Assembly (NCBI GenBank): GCA_963843205.1
Contig: CAWJJN010000003.1
Location: 56,325-120,324, forward strand
Direction: 5' to 3'
DNA: 64,000 bases
Origin: an uncultured Candidatus Saccharibacteria bacterium
GTDB lineage: Bacteria > Patescibacteriota > Saccharimonadia > Saccharimonadales > UBA4665
Position numbers and translations under genes: made by a program. Under the pieces are notes generated by a model, which had not been told where the DNA came from, searched no databases, and was given only the letters and a program-made list of their open reading frames with translations. Positions 40,096 through 50,507 of this stretch are shown here, piece after piece; position 1 is the stretch's first letter, and the number at the start of each line of letters is the position of its first letter.

Positions 40096-41028
40096 GTGGT
40101 CAGAGGGCATCATGCCAACCAGCTCTGGCAAATGCACTATATAGGCTTTACGCCGGACTATTTAACCAAGGCAGCAGAAGAAGCGGCCGACAATCCCATA
40201 ACCCGCTTTCTTATAGATAAGGGTTACTATGCAGATATATATGGCTGTAGCGAGGAAGAGGCGTCTGCAGCCCGACAGGGCATACATTCTTTCCTGGAGG
40301 GCTTCACCCATCTGGAACCTGATACGCCGGTGGTCTTTACCGCAACGCAAAAGGACGGGATATGTGCTAGCTGCACAATAGGCGCACATTGCGACAAACC
40401 AGAAAATGCCAAGGGTGATTCTAATTGGATCAATGCCTTGGCGAGGACTGCCGCCGCCCTTGGCCTGGAGGCTCAGATTAGTTTGGAAACTGCCGAAAGC
40501 ATAGGCCGTTTTGGCAGAAAAGCCGAGAAGCCGGTTAAGCTAACTGTGGCCGCCGACGTAGCGAGGCTACTGCTCTCGGACAGGTCCTTGCCGATAAGGT
40601 CAGCCAATAACCCCTATATGCGCTTCATAATGAAAACCATAGTCGCTGCCGGTGAAAGCCGCTATCGTGAGGTAAAAGCTGCCGAGGCGAAAAAACCAGC
40701 CGCTCCGGAAGTAGCTCCGTCTCAGCAAAAAACTGTACACCAGGAACACTCATTGCAGGTGCTGGTAACCGAGCTCGCAGAATTGTGCTACAAAGACATA
40801 CCAGCTACCGTGGAAGGTGTGGAATCTCAAATAGCATCCATAAATAGAGCTTGTGAAATTATTCTGGAGAGGACGGACGGAACCGGCCAGTTCAGCGAAA
40901 CTATAGTGGAGATATTGCAGCAGGCCGCTGCAAAGCTACGGCAAGCAGCGGAAGTCCTTGCCGGAGATGATGAGAGTGCCCAGAAAAGTATAAGTACCTA
41001 CATTGGCGCGATTAGTGGGATAACTTAG
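40096..41028 (+). CDS. DUF1284-like N-terminal domain + C-terminal helical module
   Basis: RGHH..., DGICASC..GAHC; C-term SLQVLVTEL..DIPATV...ISTYIGAISG; true start may be ATG 40074 via an indel in a T-run. Confidence 0.65.
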   Translation: MVRGHHANQLWQMHYIGFTPDYLTKAAEEAADNPITRFLIDKGYYADIYGCSEEEASAARQGIHSFLEGFTHLEPDTPVVFTATQKDGICASCTIGAHCDKPENAKGDSNWINALARTAAALGLEAQISLETAESIGRFGRKAEKPVKLTVAADVARLLLSDRSLPIRSANNPYMRFIMKTIVAAGESRYREVKAAEAKKPAAPEVAPSQQKTVHQEHSLQVLVTELAELCYKDIPATVEGVESQIASINRACEIILERTDGTGQFSETIVEILQQAAAKLRQAAEVLAGDDESAQKSISTYIGAISGIT

Positions 41029-41081
41029 CCGGGGGCGACCTGCGCTTACATACTTGCGCAAAAGCAGGTAAAGTAGAGCCT

Positions 41082-42011
41082 ATGGGTATGTGGTTGCATC
41101 ATCTTCGCTATAACCCGATCGACACCTTGCTTGATTCATGCGAGGCTATCTCGGCATACACGAGACGAGACCTATTAGAAGAAGACATCTCACTAACAAA
41201 ATTACAGCAGTTGAACGAACCGCAGAAAATATTGCGGCAGCAACTTCCTGACGGTTCTTGGAAGTCCAGCTTATACGAGACGTTCAGATGTCTTGGCGTA
41301 CTCATCGAAATGTACGGGTTTGACAAAGACCACCCAGCCATAACACGCGCGGCAGATTATGTGTTTAGCACCCAGTCCACGCAGGGCGACTTCAGGGGCG
41401 TCTACGCCAACCAATACAGCCCGAACTACTCCGCTGCGATCGCTGAGTTGCTAATAAAAGCCGGTTACGCAGACGATTCTCACATAGAAAAGAACTTTCA
41501 GTGGCTGTTGTCTATCCGTCAGGAAGATGGCGGCTGGGCGCTGCCGTTCAGGACTAGAGGACACGGCATTACGGTCATAACTGATCATCAAAGTATCATG
41601 CAGCCGGATGCCTCTAAGCCCTATTCCTACATGGTCACCGGAGTAGTTTTGCGAGCCTTTGCCGCCCATCCGAAATATAGAAAAGTGGAGGAAGCGCATG
41701 AGGCTGGCAAACTGTTAGCTTCGAGTATATTCCAGCGGGATAACTACCCCGATAGGGCATCCCCTGAGTTCTGGCTGCGTTTTTCGTTCCCGTTTGACTA
41801 TACGCATCTTGTATCAGTGCTAGACACCTTGTCGCTGCTAAAATTTTCGCCGAATGAGCCGCGAATCCAAGAAGCATTGGATTGGTTTATCAAAAGCCAA
41901 GAAAAAGCCGGCACTTGGAATTTTAGGATAGTTAGAGGAACAAATAGAGACGTCGTAAAGCTATGGCTGACGCTCGCGACTTGCCGGGCATTTAAGAGGT
42001 TTTACGGATAA
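41082..42011 (+). CDS. Prenyltransferase/squalene-cyclase-like alpha-alpha barrel protein
   Basis: Repeated QxxDGxW motifs: QLPDGSW, QSTQGDF, QEDGGW, QEKAGTW. Confidence 0.75.
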   Translation: MGMWLHHLRYNPIDTLLDSCEAISAYTRRDLLEEDISLTKLQQLNEPQKILRQQLPDGSWKSSLYETFRCLGVLIEMYGFDKDHPAITRAADYVFSTQSTQGDFRGVYANQYSPNYSAAIAELLIKAGYADDSHIEKNFQWLLSIRQEDGGWALPFRTRGHGITVITDHQSIMQPDASKPYSYMVTGVVLRAFAAHPKYRKVEEAHEAGKLLASSIFQRDNYPDRASPEFWLRFSFPFDYTHLVSVLDTLSLLKFSPNEPRIQEALDWFIKSQEKAGTWNFRIVRGTNRDVVKLWLTLATCRAFKRFYG

Positions 42012-42127
42012 TCATGCCATGCCTGTGCTGTCGCTATGCCCGGTGTCCAGTCCATGCCCAACCGTATCCTTTACATAAGCGTTATATTATGTTAAACTTA
42101 ATTAAAATTATTGGACTGAGTAAACCC

Positions 42128-42259
42128 ATGATAGACAACACCAACCTATAAACCGTCACACTAGAACACCTGGTTTGTATTTGATGTTTTCTAATAATGT
42201 AACTTTTTAACGAAAAACCGAGCGCCTTTTGTGACCTGTTTACATACGCTCGGTTTTTT
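42128..42259 (+). promoter_or_regulatory. Candidate attenuator leader of the ABC-F gene
   Basis: uORF MIDNTNL* (42128-42151); hairpin AAAAACCGAGCG/CGCTCGGTTTTT (42213-42258) just before the RBS; promoter TTTACA-17-TAAACT at 42070-42098. Confidence 0.6.
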
Positions 42260-42272
42260 GTTGGAGATACAT

Positions 42273-43755
42273 ATGCTTAATTTACATCACATCACTAAGT
42301 CATTTCCGGATAATCTCGTTTTAGATGACGTTAGCTTATCGCTTAATGCAGGCGAGGTTATTGCTCTTATCGGCGAAAATGGCGTCGGCAAGACTACGCT
42401 ACTTAATATTATACTTGGCACGCACCGGCCGGATGCGGGCACTGTTTTGGCCGATCACGAGGCTATCGGCTGCGTGCCCCAAAACGCCGTGATGGACACG
42501 ACTATTGCCAGGACTTTCGGCTCCCAAGTCGAAGCATGGCAACGCGACTACGCTCTGGCACTGGTTGGACTTGAAGGCAAAACGCTTGCCATGCCTGTGA
42601 AAAACCTCAGCGGCGGCGAAAGGACACGCCTGGTGCTCGCTAAAGTATTGGCTGCGGACCCTAAGCCTACGGTGTTGCTTCTTGACGAGCCTACGAATAA
42701 TCTTGATGCAAACGGCCTGGCTTGGCTTAAACAATTTGTGAAGTCGTTTAAGGGCGGGATTATTCTGGTCAGCCATGACCGGACATTTATTAACGCTGTT
42801 GCCACTAAAGTAATTGAGCTGCGGAACGGCAAACTTAAACAGTATGGTGGCAACTATGACTTATACAAACAGCAGAAGGAGGCTGAGCAGCAGGCTAAAC
42901 TCGAGCACTATCAGGCAAGCGTAGAAGAACGAAAACGCATCACCAAAGGAATGCTAGATATTCAAAATCGTGCTCAAAAGGGCTTGCGCCAGAAGAGACC
43001 GAATGACAATGACAAAGCCCAATTTAAGTGGCACCAGAACAATGTACAGCGAACGTTCAGCGGACAGCTCAAGGGCGTCAGGTCTCGGCTGGAGCAACTA
43101 GAAGAGGTTGAACGGCCTGACGTCACTAAGAATTATGCGATAAAGCTTAGCGGAGGGACGCCTTCTGACAAGCTTACCTTGCGGCTTCGGGGCATTCGCA
43201 AACGGTACTCTACTGAGGTCTTGCGGGGCGTAGACCTAGAACTGCGCGGCAATGAGCGTGTTCACCTTGCTGGCGATAACGGCAACGGTAAGACTACCTT
43301 GCTAAAGATTGCGGCCGGTATATTAAAACCGAAGCAGCGGGACATCAACGCTTGGAGTAAACGTTCGCGTCGGCTATTTCTCGCAGGACACCGATGGCCT
43401 TGATCACGCCAAGACAGCACTCGAGAACTTACAGCTGGACGAGCTGAAACCGACAAACATATACCGCGAGGCTAGAAGCTTGGGGCTCACGGAGCAAGAT
43501 TTGAAAAAATGCGTCAGCGAATTGTCACGAGGCCAACAAGCCAAGCTTGGCATCGCCAGGTTGTTATTTGATGCATACCAGTTGCTTATTCTTGACGAGC
43601 CGACTAACCACCTAGACATTCCGGCCCGTGAGCAGATCGAAGCTGCACTGCAAGACTACAATGGCGCGATTTTATTCGCATCTCACGACAATTATCTCGT
43701 TAAGACATTGCGCCCTTCAAAAACACTCAACCTGAAGAATGGAAAATTGCAATAA
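42273..43755 (+). CDS. ABC-F ribosome-associated ATPase, resistance (ARE)-like (one +1 frameshift near 43331)
   Basis: Two NBDs: GENGVGKT/LSGGERTR/LLDEPTNNLD and GDNGNGKT/LSRGQQAK/ILDEPTNHLD; no TM; long interdomain linker. Confidence 0.88.
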
Positions 43756-43813
43756 GGGTGGATTTATTCTGTATCGGGATGGTTGTCTGCGAACACCTGG
43801 TACAATACAAAAC

Positions 43814-44191
43814 ATGCCTGAAGGAAAACCGCCGCTGACTATCAATCCGGAATGTAACGGCTGCCCAGCCGCTGCCAGCATGGAGCTGTGCAGTCTCGCC
43901 AGCCGGCTGGAAAGAGTTTATGTGTCGGAAGCATTCGCAGAATGGCCGCTTGAGGATATGGCATCTGCGGAAGATGCCATACGCCAAAGGGAGATAACCC
44001 CGGATACCATCACTAGCCTCGGGCCGCAAATTGAGGCAGACATCAATCTCTCGCTTACGAGCTGCTTCGCATTTCTGCACGATGGGGCTCGGCATGATCA
44101 ACAAGCGCTTGCAGCGCTTGTTGATGAACAGCGCATAGCAGTCGCTGGGTGCGCAACTCGTCAGTTGCAGCGGACTTGCCAGAACTTGTGA
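43814..44191 (+). CDS. Hypothetical Cys-containing protein
   Basis: ECNGCP..ELC N-term, GC..TC C-term. Confidence 0.5.
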   Translation: MPEGKPPLTINPECNGCPAAASMELCSLASRLERVYVSEAFAEWPLEDMASAEDAIRQREITPDTITSLGPQIEADINLSLTSCFAFLHDGARHDQQALAALVDEQRIAVAGCATRQLQRTCQNL

Positions 44192-44220
44192 GCGGTTTTG
44201 CATAAAGCTATACTGGCCTC

Positions 44221-44679
44221 ATGGCAACCAACAAAGCTTACGATGCAGTTCCTGACGCAACGCTTGCATGTTCGGTTGTCTTGGCATATTTTTTGAACCG
44301 ATATTTTCCGGTGACCCAAATTATTTCGTACCCGGCCAGCCTTGCAGGGTGGTTGATGGTTGCGGCCGAACTTGGTTATGCAATCTACATAATTGCCATG
44401 CTGCGGGCAAAGCATACGTCCTCAGATGCTACTGGCATGCCTTCGGAATTCATCACGAGCGGTTTTTACTCGCACTCCCGCAACCCTTTTTATCTTATGT
44501 ACGTAATCACGGCAACTGGCGCGGCTTTTATTTTCGGGTCTTTAACTGCTTTTGTCGCGCCTGTTATTTGCTTCGCAGTTTTTAATTTCTTTATTGTCCC
44601 GCTAGAGGAAGAAAACTTGCGGGAAAAATTCGGCAAGGATTACGAGCGGTATAAGAGCAAAGTGCGGAGATGGATATAA
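44221..44679 (+). CDS. Isoprenylcysteine carboxyl methyltransferase/PEMT-family membrane protein
   Basis: ITSGFYSHSRNPFY, EEENLREKFGKDYERYKSKVRRWI. Confidence 0.9.
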   Translation: MATNKAYDAVPDATLACSVVLAYFLNRYFPVTQIISYPASLAGWLMVAAELGYAIYIIAMLRAKHTSSDATGMPSEFITSGFYSHSRNPFYLMYVITATGAAFIFGSLTAFVAPVICFAVFNFFIVPLEEENLREKFGKDYERYKSKVRRWI

Positions 44680-44707
44680 AAAGAGCCCGGTTTAGAGGGC
44701 TCTTTTT
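44678..44707. terminator. Bidirectional terminator
   Basis: AAAAAGAGCCC-8 nt-GGGCTCTTTTT between convergent genes. Confidence 0.9.
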
Positions 44708-44723
44708 GCGTTTCGGCTAACAG

Positions 44724-45158
44724 CTATTTTTGAGTGTTAGGCTCACCAGTGTTGGCGTTGATTACAACGTTTACTCCCAATTCTGAAGTCATGTACCACA
44801 TAGGGTCCTTGACCTCCGGGGTCAGGGGTTTGCTAAGTGTCATGCTGGTGAACTTTGATCCCCAGTTTCCCTTGTGGAATATATCTACGGCTTGCTGGTA
44901 GCTTATTTTGTAGTCGTCAATAACTGCAAGCCCTAACGGGCAGGCAACCGGCTCCGGCTTGGTCAGGCCGACCAGCGGTGGATTCGCTGCGTAGTAACCG
45001 TAACACTTACCGCTGCCTGAAACCACGTAGTCAAAGCCGGTAACGTCATCGGCAGTTTCTGCAGGATTCTTTAGGCGAGCGGTTTGCTTTAATAATTTAA
45101 ACGCAACACCCCCGCCGAGTTCTTCGCTTGCTTGTGCTAAATTGTCTTGTAGACTCAT
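44724..45158 (-). CDS. Hypothetical protein
   Basis: 144 aa ORF from MSLQDNL with GGG-rich RBS. Confidence 0.65.
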   Translation of the reverse strand: MSLQDNLAQASEELGGGVAFKLLKQTARLKNPAETADDVTGFDYVVSGSGKCYGYYAANPPLVGLTKPEPVACPLGLAVIDDYKISYQQAVDIFHKGNWGSKFTSMTLSKPLTPEVKDPMWYMTSELGVNVVINANTGEPNTQK

Positions 45159-45291
45159 ATCCCACCCTTTTTTATTATTCGCACTTAGTATTTTCTGCAC
45201 CCATTTTGCAAAAAATGAACGCTCTTAGCATAGTATCAACCCAAATTGGCTTTTGCAAAGTATCAAATTTGTAACATTACTTAGGTATAAC

Positions 45292-45888
45292 CTAGGCGTC
45301 CTTCGGTTTTGATTTACACACGTTAATCATGATAACTGCCCGGTCAAATATTGGTGAAGCGCCGTGGAAGTACTCGCACTGAATCAAGCAAATATTTAGA
45401 GGATATTTTGTCTCCTCGGTGCCTGCCGGCACCAAAAAACTCCGGAACATCTGCTTGGTTTCGCCTGGCTTTAGAATAAGCCCGTCCGATGTCGGGTCAG
45501 AAGATGCCGGCCAGAAAAACGTCTTGCTGTCGGGCATTATTATCTTGGGAAACTGCCTGTCGGTATCCGACAAAAAGCTGACCATGTCCGGGTCGGCAAA
45601 CCCTGTTCCCACCCAGGACATAACGTATAATTTAGTAATCTTGGACGAACTGGGGTTGACCACCACGACACCCTCGTTAAAGTCCTGCCCGGGCACTACA
45701 TAGGTGGAGTGGCTGACACCCCCGATGTACGGGACTGTCGTGCCCTTCAGCTTTTTGACCAGCGTCTGCGGATCGATGATCTTATGGACCAGGTCCTTTG
45801 TTTTTTCGCTGACAGCAGCCTTTTTAATCTCCTGAATTTTTTTGTCTATTTCTGCCGCTGATGGCAGCTGTTTATTCTCACTTGTCAT
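45292..45888 (-). CDS. Hypothetical protein
   Basis: 198 aa ORF with GGGGG RBS. Confidence 0.65.
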   Translation of the reverse strand: MTSENKQLPSAAEIDKKIQEIKKAAVSEKTKDLVHKIIDPQTLVKKLKGTTVPYIGGVSHSTYVVPGQDFNEGVVVVNPSSSKITKLYVMSWVGTGFADPDMVSFLSDTDRQFPKIIMPDSKTFFWPASSDPTSDGLILKPGETKQMFRSFLVPAGTEETKYPLNICLIQCEYFHGASPIFDRAVIMINVCKSKPKDA

Positions 45889-46079
45889 GAGTGCCCCCCT
45901 TATTTTTACCTTACAATATTAATTTCTAAGATAACCGGTGTCAACAAACACGGCGGAGATGGCCGCTATTGGCGCAGCTCCCCGGCACGAACAACCGAGG
46001 CTTAAAAGCATAACCATTTTCTGCAGATTTGGCGTAAACTATTTATATAAGCATTTTATACAAAGGCGGGTTTAAATAT

Positions 46080-46502
46080 ATGGCAAAGGCAAACAAAACT
46101 AAAACCAATTGGGTTGTCGTATCCATAATCGCAGCGGCAATTCTAGTAATTGGCGGGGGTATAATCTGGTACTGCATGGAGCACTCAAAAATTACAGTAT
46201 CCGAGAACCAGACGAGCGTAGAGGTAAAGAAGGGCCAAGAGTTTACTATTAAGTTGACCTCAAACGCTTCTACCGGCTACAGCTGGGCAGTTGACGACGC
46301 TTACGACAAAAACGTTGTTACCAAGGTCAGCAACAGCTATAAGGCAGCCAAGACAGACAGGTCAGGCGCTCCCGGCGAAGAACTGTGGGTATTCAAAGGC
46401 AAGAACACGGGCAGCACTAAGCTCAGCTTCAAATACGCTCAGCCCTGGGAGGGCAGTACGGGACAGGTAAGCACCAAGACATTCAATGTCACGGTAAAGT
46501 AA
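46080..46502 (+). CDS. Chagasin-family (I42) cysteine protease inhibitor with membrane anchor
   Basis: LTSNASTGYSW, GAPG, YAQPWE; N-terminal TM. Confidence 0.88.
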   Translation: MAKANKTKTNWVVVSIIAAAILVIGGGIIWYCMEHSKITVSENQTSVEVKKGQEFTIKLTSNASTGYSWAVDDAYDKNVVTKVSNSYKAAKTDRSGAPGEELWVFKGKNTGSTKLSFKYAQPWEGSTGQVSTKTFNVTVK

Positions 46503-46593
46503 CTCTTCGTTCAAAAAATAGCTAGCAGCAATAAGCGGTAAGGTACTCTCTTGACCACAAGAGTATAGTGGTAATTATAAACGGAGTACGTAC

Positions 46594-47736
46594 ATGAGTG
46601 TTATGGAAGCGCCTGTGCAGCTTGGCTCGTTCGAAGGAACAGTAACCGTCAATAATCCTGTTCTGCGATATCCCTACAACCCGGTCCTTACTTGCCACGA
46701 GGTAAACGAGGCTTGGGCCGACAGCCCGTTACTGCAAACTTACACCGTACATAATGCTGGCATAGCTCAACTAGAGAGCGGTGAAACGGTCATGCTGTTC
46801 CGGTCGCACATCGAAGACGACCGGAGCGTAATCGGCAAGGCTGTTAGCAAAAACGGAATAGACGGCTGGAAAGTATCTCCACGGCCTTTTTTATTGCCTG
46901 CTACCAGCCGCGACGCGTTCTCCCTGGACGCAGACAGTAAAGCTATTATCGAAGCCGAGGGCGGAGGTGTTGAGGATCTGCGCATCAATCCGATAGGGAA
47001 CGGCGAATATCTTTTAACTTATAGCGCCTACCACGAAACCATACCCGATAAAGTTCAGGTTATGATGGCCACGACCACAGACTTTGAGAATATCGTGCGC
47101 CACGGCCCGATATCCGAGCAGGATATGCGCAACGTAGTCATCTTCCCGCAGCCTGACGAAAATGGGCAGTGGTCTGCATTACTGCGCCCCAACGACAAGT
47201 CTGTCGAAGCAGCCGGTGCCGGTCACACTGGCGGTGCATTCGAGGAAATACGCATCGGCCATGCCCCAGACCCCTTAGGGCCTTGGGAGATAGGCAAGGT
47301 TGTAATGCGCAGCGGCCACGGCCCCAGCGCCTTCCAAAGCAAGGTCGGGCCCTGTGCACCGCCGTTATGGACGCCAAAAGGCTGGCTGAACATTTTCCAT
47401 GGCGTCCGGGGCACGATGGACGGCAACCCCTATGTATTAGGCGCGGCCTTTCACAACCATCACGACCTGACGAAGATACGCATGAGCTCCAAACCCTTGC
47501 TACGCCCCAGCGCCAGCGACTGCCGGGTCAGGGAAACCGACTATGTTCATGTACCTAACGTAGTATTTAGCTGCGGTGCGTTAATACTGGGGGACGGCAA
47601 AACCGTAGCCATATATTACGGCGGCAACGACACCGTAATGAACTTGGGGCTGTCCAACGTCGACGTATTAAGTGAGATGTGCAACACGTTCCCGGTGGAC
47701 GCCCTAACAGGCAAGCACCTCACCAGGCTCAACTGA
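46594..47736 (+). CDS. GH130 glycosidase/phosphorylase
   Basis: HNAG, GVEDLRI, LTYSAY, KVGPCAPP, IFHGV, NVVFSCG, IYYGGNDT. Confidence 0.85.
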   Translation: MSVMEAPVQLGSFEGTVTVNNPVLRYPYNPVLTCHEVNEAWADSPLLQTYTVHNAGIAQLESGETVMLFRSHIEDDRSVIGKAVSKNGIDGWKVSPRPFLLPATSRDAFSLDADSKAIIEAEGGGVEDLRINPIGNGEYLLTYSAYHETIPDKVQVMMATTTDFENIVRHGPISEQDMRNVVIFPQPDENGQWSALLRPNDKSVEAAGAGHTGGAFEEIRIGHAPDPLGPWEIGKVVMRSGHGPSAFQSKVGPCAPPLWTPKGWLNIFHGVRGTMDGNPYVLGAAFHNHHDLTKIRMSSKPLLRPSASDCRVRETDYVHVPNVVFSCGALILGDGKTVAIYYGGNDTVMNLGLSNVDVLSEMCNTFPVDALTGKHLTRLN

Positions 47737-47804
47737 CAGCCAGCGCTTCCGCAGACGACCGCTAGTTACGAACAAACGCTTATTATATAATCACTGCTTA
47801 GCAT

Positions 47805-49544
47805 ATGACCCACGATACCCGCATCGCTGTTGCAGCTGAATTTGAGATGACGTTCGCCGAACCAGGCGATGAAATAGAGTGGGATGCCTGCAATCGGCAT
47901 TTTATTCCGATCAATCCGGGTGAGCCGCTTGGCGCGCCTAGCAATCCTTCTGCGATACGTCCCCAAATGGAGCATACTTACCGTTCTCTTCGGCCAACCT
48001 CAGATGAAGAGGCCGAGACTCAAAGACGCTGGCTTGAGTACGCGGCGGGCGACCTATCCCCAAGTGACGTTATTAATTTTAGGATTTACCAGGCACTGTC
48101 CAAACCGCGGCTGGCTTATGCAAAATACCCTCTGGGCAGCACCTACAGTCAGGTCATCAGAGCCGCAGGAGAAGCCGAATTCAGGGGGCCGGGAATATAC
48201 CAGCAAGGCTGGTATGATAATCCCGGATTTAGCGAGGCAAGGCTTTCGCCGGTACCAAGCGAACAGTTCCAAACCAGAAGAGACGAAATGTTGTCTACTA
48301 TCGGTCAGATAGCCGCAAGTGAAGGCCGCATAGCATACCTGGCCTCACAGCACACTAATGCCAGCGCGTTCCGGGGTGAGGTACCAATTCTCGGCGACCC
48401 CAGACAAAATCTAAGGCCTTACCTTGCCGTAGCCACCGGCTTAAGGAGAGTATTCAGAGAAGGGGCACTTCTCAACCCAAAAACGTTCCCCAGGCTGCAT
48501 ACAGGCTTATTTATGGGCTATTGGCGTGATTGCGACATCAGAATGCCAAGCGGCCGAGCCGAGTATCGCGGCCATCGAACGCTGGACGGCCCGGATTACA
48601 AGAATGGTCTACGTTTTTTGTTGACCGGCATGAAATACGGGCTAGACCATGCTACTGAGGATGAAATAGATACTATCCAGACTGCGGCAGTACCGTGTGT
48701 GGCACCACCCAAGGGACGCCCCAAAGAGGAGCACTTATATATAGTGCGTGCCATTGAATCCTGCATAATAGACGAGGACGGAAGCTTGCATATGGCTGGG
48801 GACCAGGGTAATGTTGACGACGCTTTCACGGCCTTGCTGGGCAGAAAGTGCGAGAGAATAAGTTATGATTTTTATAGAAAATTCTTTACAGAGTGTCTGT
48901 CGATTAATGAAGACGGATATATGTATACAGATGAGCAACGGGTAAGCAGACTTTTAAACAACCGCTGTGTCGCTGGTACTATGGACGCGCGTGTCCTTAG
49001 CCTGGCAGATATACCGGCGATAAATGCCCGACTGCGCCAGTTCCCGGTAAAACCAACTGTGGTTGTCGGGCATAAGTTCATCGGTCTGGATATGGAGCAC
49101 GCCCTTCGCGGTCTTGAAGGTGCCACGGCATTCCCGGCCGTAGACCCGGACGGTTACGCCGAGCTGCAAGGTCAGATAGAGCAAATACTCCGCCCGGAGG
49201 CTAAAAGCACACCTGCACAGTCGCGCACTGTCGCAAGCCCCCCGACTCCTCGGCAGCCGGAATCAACACTGGAGCAAGTAATCGGGACCCTGGAAGGGCT
49301 GGCCCTGGATTATATCCCTCCAGCCGTGCAGGGCATCGAGGAGCGGATCGGAGTTATTGCTGCCCGCATTAACGACCTGCTGTCTCTGTCCGGCGGAGCC
49401 AGCACATCGGATATAGAGGTCAAGATATCTGCCTTGCGGCAGGCCATACAAAACCTACAGGGTGCTTCCGAAGCGCTGACCGACGACAAAAACGGCGTTA
49501 CCGGCAACATTGGCGGTTATATTAAAAGCATCGGGGGAGATTAA
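47805..49544 (+). CDS. Glutamine-synthetase-like domain + C-terminal helical module
   Basis: AEFEMTF, SQHTNAS, RAEYR..D...LLTGMKYGL; C-term TLEQVIGTL..YIPPAV...IGGYIKSIGG. Confidence 0.65.
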   Translation: MTHDTRIAVAAEFEMTFAEPGDEIEWDACNRHFIPINPGEPLGAPSNPSAIRPQMEHTYRSLRPTSDEEAETQRRWLEYAAGDLSPSDVINFRIYQALSKPRLAYAKYPLGSTYSQVIRAAGEAEFRGPGIYQQGWYDNPGFSEARLSPVPSEQFQTRRDEMLSTIGQIAASEGRIAYLASQHTNASAFRGEVPILGDPRQNLRPYLAVATGLRRVFREGALLNPKTFPRLHTGLFMGYWRDCDIRMPSGRAEYRGHRTLDGPDYKNGLRFLLTGMKYGLDHATEDEIDTIQTAAVPCVAPPKGRPKEEHLYIVRAIESCIIDEDGSLHMAGDQGNVDDAFTALLGRKCERISYDFYRKFFTECLSINEDGYMYTDEQRVSRLLNNRCVAGTMDARVLSLADIPAINARLRQFPVKPTVVVGHKFIGLDMEHALRGLEGATAFPAVDPDGYAELQGQIEQILRPEAKSTPAQSRTVASPPTPRQPESTLEQVIGTLEGLALDYIPPAVQGIEERIGVIAARINDLLSLSGGASTSDIEVKISALRQAIQNLQGASEALTDDKNGVTGNIGGYIKSIGGD

Positions 49545-49588
49545 AATGTATAACGACCAAGTCAGAAAGTGGCAGCACAAGATAGACT

Positions 49589-50503
49589 ATGGCAAATCCT
49601 GAACTAAATAGACTTATTGTAGAACTCGGCTGCGGGTCTAAGCCATTTTCGACGCGCGTAGCGCACGGGCGCCGCATACTCGGGCCGAACGAACGCTATA
49701 TAGGCGTTGACAACTTCGGCGACAGCCAAAGAAAACTGGAAGACGCGAAGTTGTTAGTCTCCCTGTACGAGCAGACCAATGGTCTGCCGCCACAACGCAG
49801 CATACAGTACGGCAATGCCGACGCACTGCCGTTTGACGATAGAGAAGTAGACGAGATTATCGCTGTCAACTTCTTTGGTGACCACCGGACAAAACTCATT
49901 CACCGAGACATCGCCCATGAGATCGCCCGGGTGCTCAGCCGCAGCGGACGGCTGACCGTAGTAGAAACATACACGCCTGACAGGATTAAGCCTCCGGACT
50001 TGCGCAAGCTTCTAGGACGTTATAGCCTCCAACAGACAAACAATGGCTCCGAGTACAGCCCGAACGATATTGCCCAATATGCCGACCCGCCGCAAAGCAC
50101 AAGGTACGGAGCCTATTGCGCTCATTTTGAGTTCGGAAGGGGTGAGCCAAAGGCAGGCCAAGAAAGATCGGCAGGCGTTGCTTTAGGCGCAGCAGGGGGC
50201 GCTCCATCAACGAACATCGGTGAAATCAATGACCAGCTTTACGGCATCTACCGCACTCTTTCCGCTGCTACATCTGCCGCTCGTGAAGCCTGGCAGCAGA
50301 CATCGCAAAGCTCGCGTGCAGTATCCGAGCTTGCCGCAAGCAGTACCGATAGCACAGCCATAGCGAGCCTGAGCAGTACCTTAGAGAACGCAGCCAGCCT
50401 ACTGTTAAGAGCAGGCGGGTACACTTTGGACGCAGGAGCTTCTCTTTCCCAGTACGCACAAAATATGTGCGGCGAGATGACATGGCACAGCACAGCAGAA
50501 TGA
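49589..50503 (+). CDS. Class I SAM methyltransferase + C-terminal helical module
   Basis: VELGCG, YIGVD, ADALPFDD, IARVLSRSG; C-term NIGEINDQL...LSQYAQNMCG. Confidence 0.75.
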   Translation: MANPELNRLIVELGCGSKPFSTRVAHGRRILGPNERYIGVDNFGDSQRKLEDAKLLVSLYEQTNGLPPQRSIQYGNADALPFDDREVDEIIAVNFFGDHRTKLIHRDIAHEIARVLSRSGRLTVVETYTPDRIKPPDLRKLLGRYSLQQTNNGSEYSPNDIAQYADPPQSTRYGAYCAHFEFGRGEPKAGQERSAGVALGAAGGAPSTNIGEINDQLYGIYRTLSAATSAAREAWQQTSQSSRAVSELAASSTDSTAIASLSSTLENAASLLLRAGGYTLDAGASLSQYAQNMCGEMTWHSTAE

Positions 50504-50507
50504 CTAA

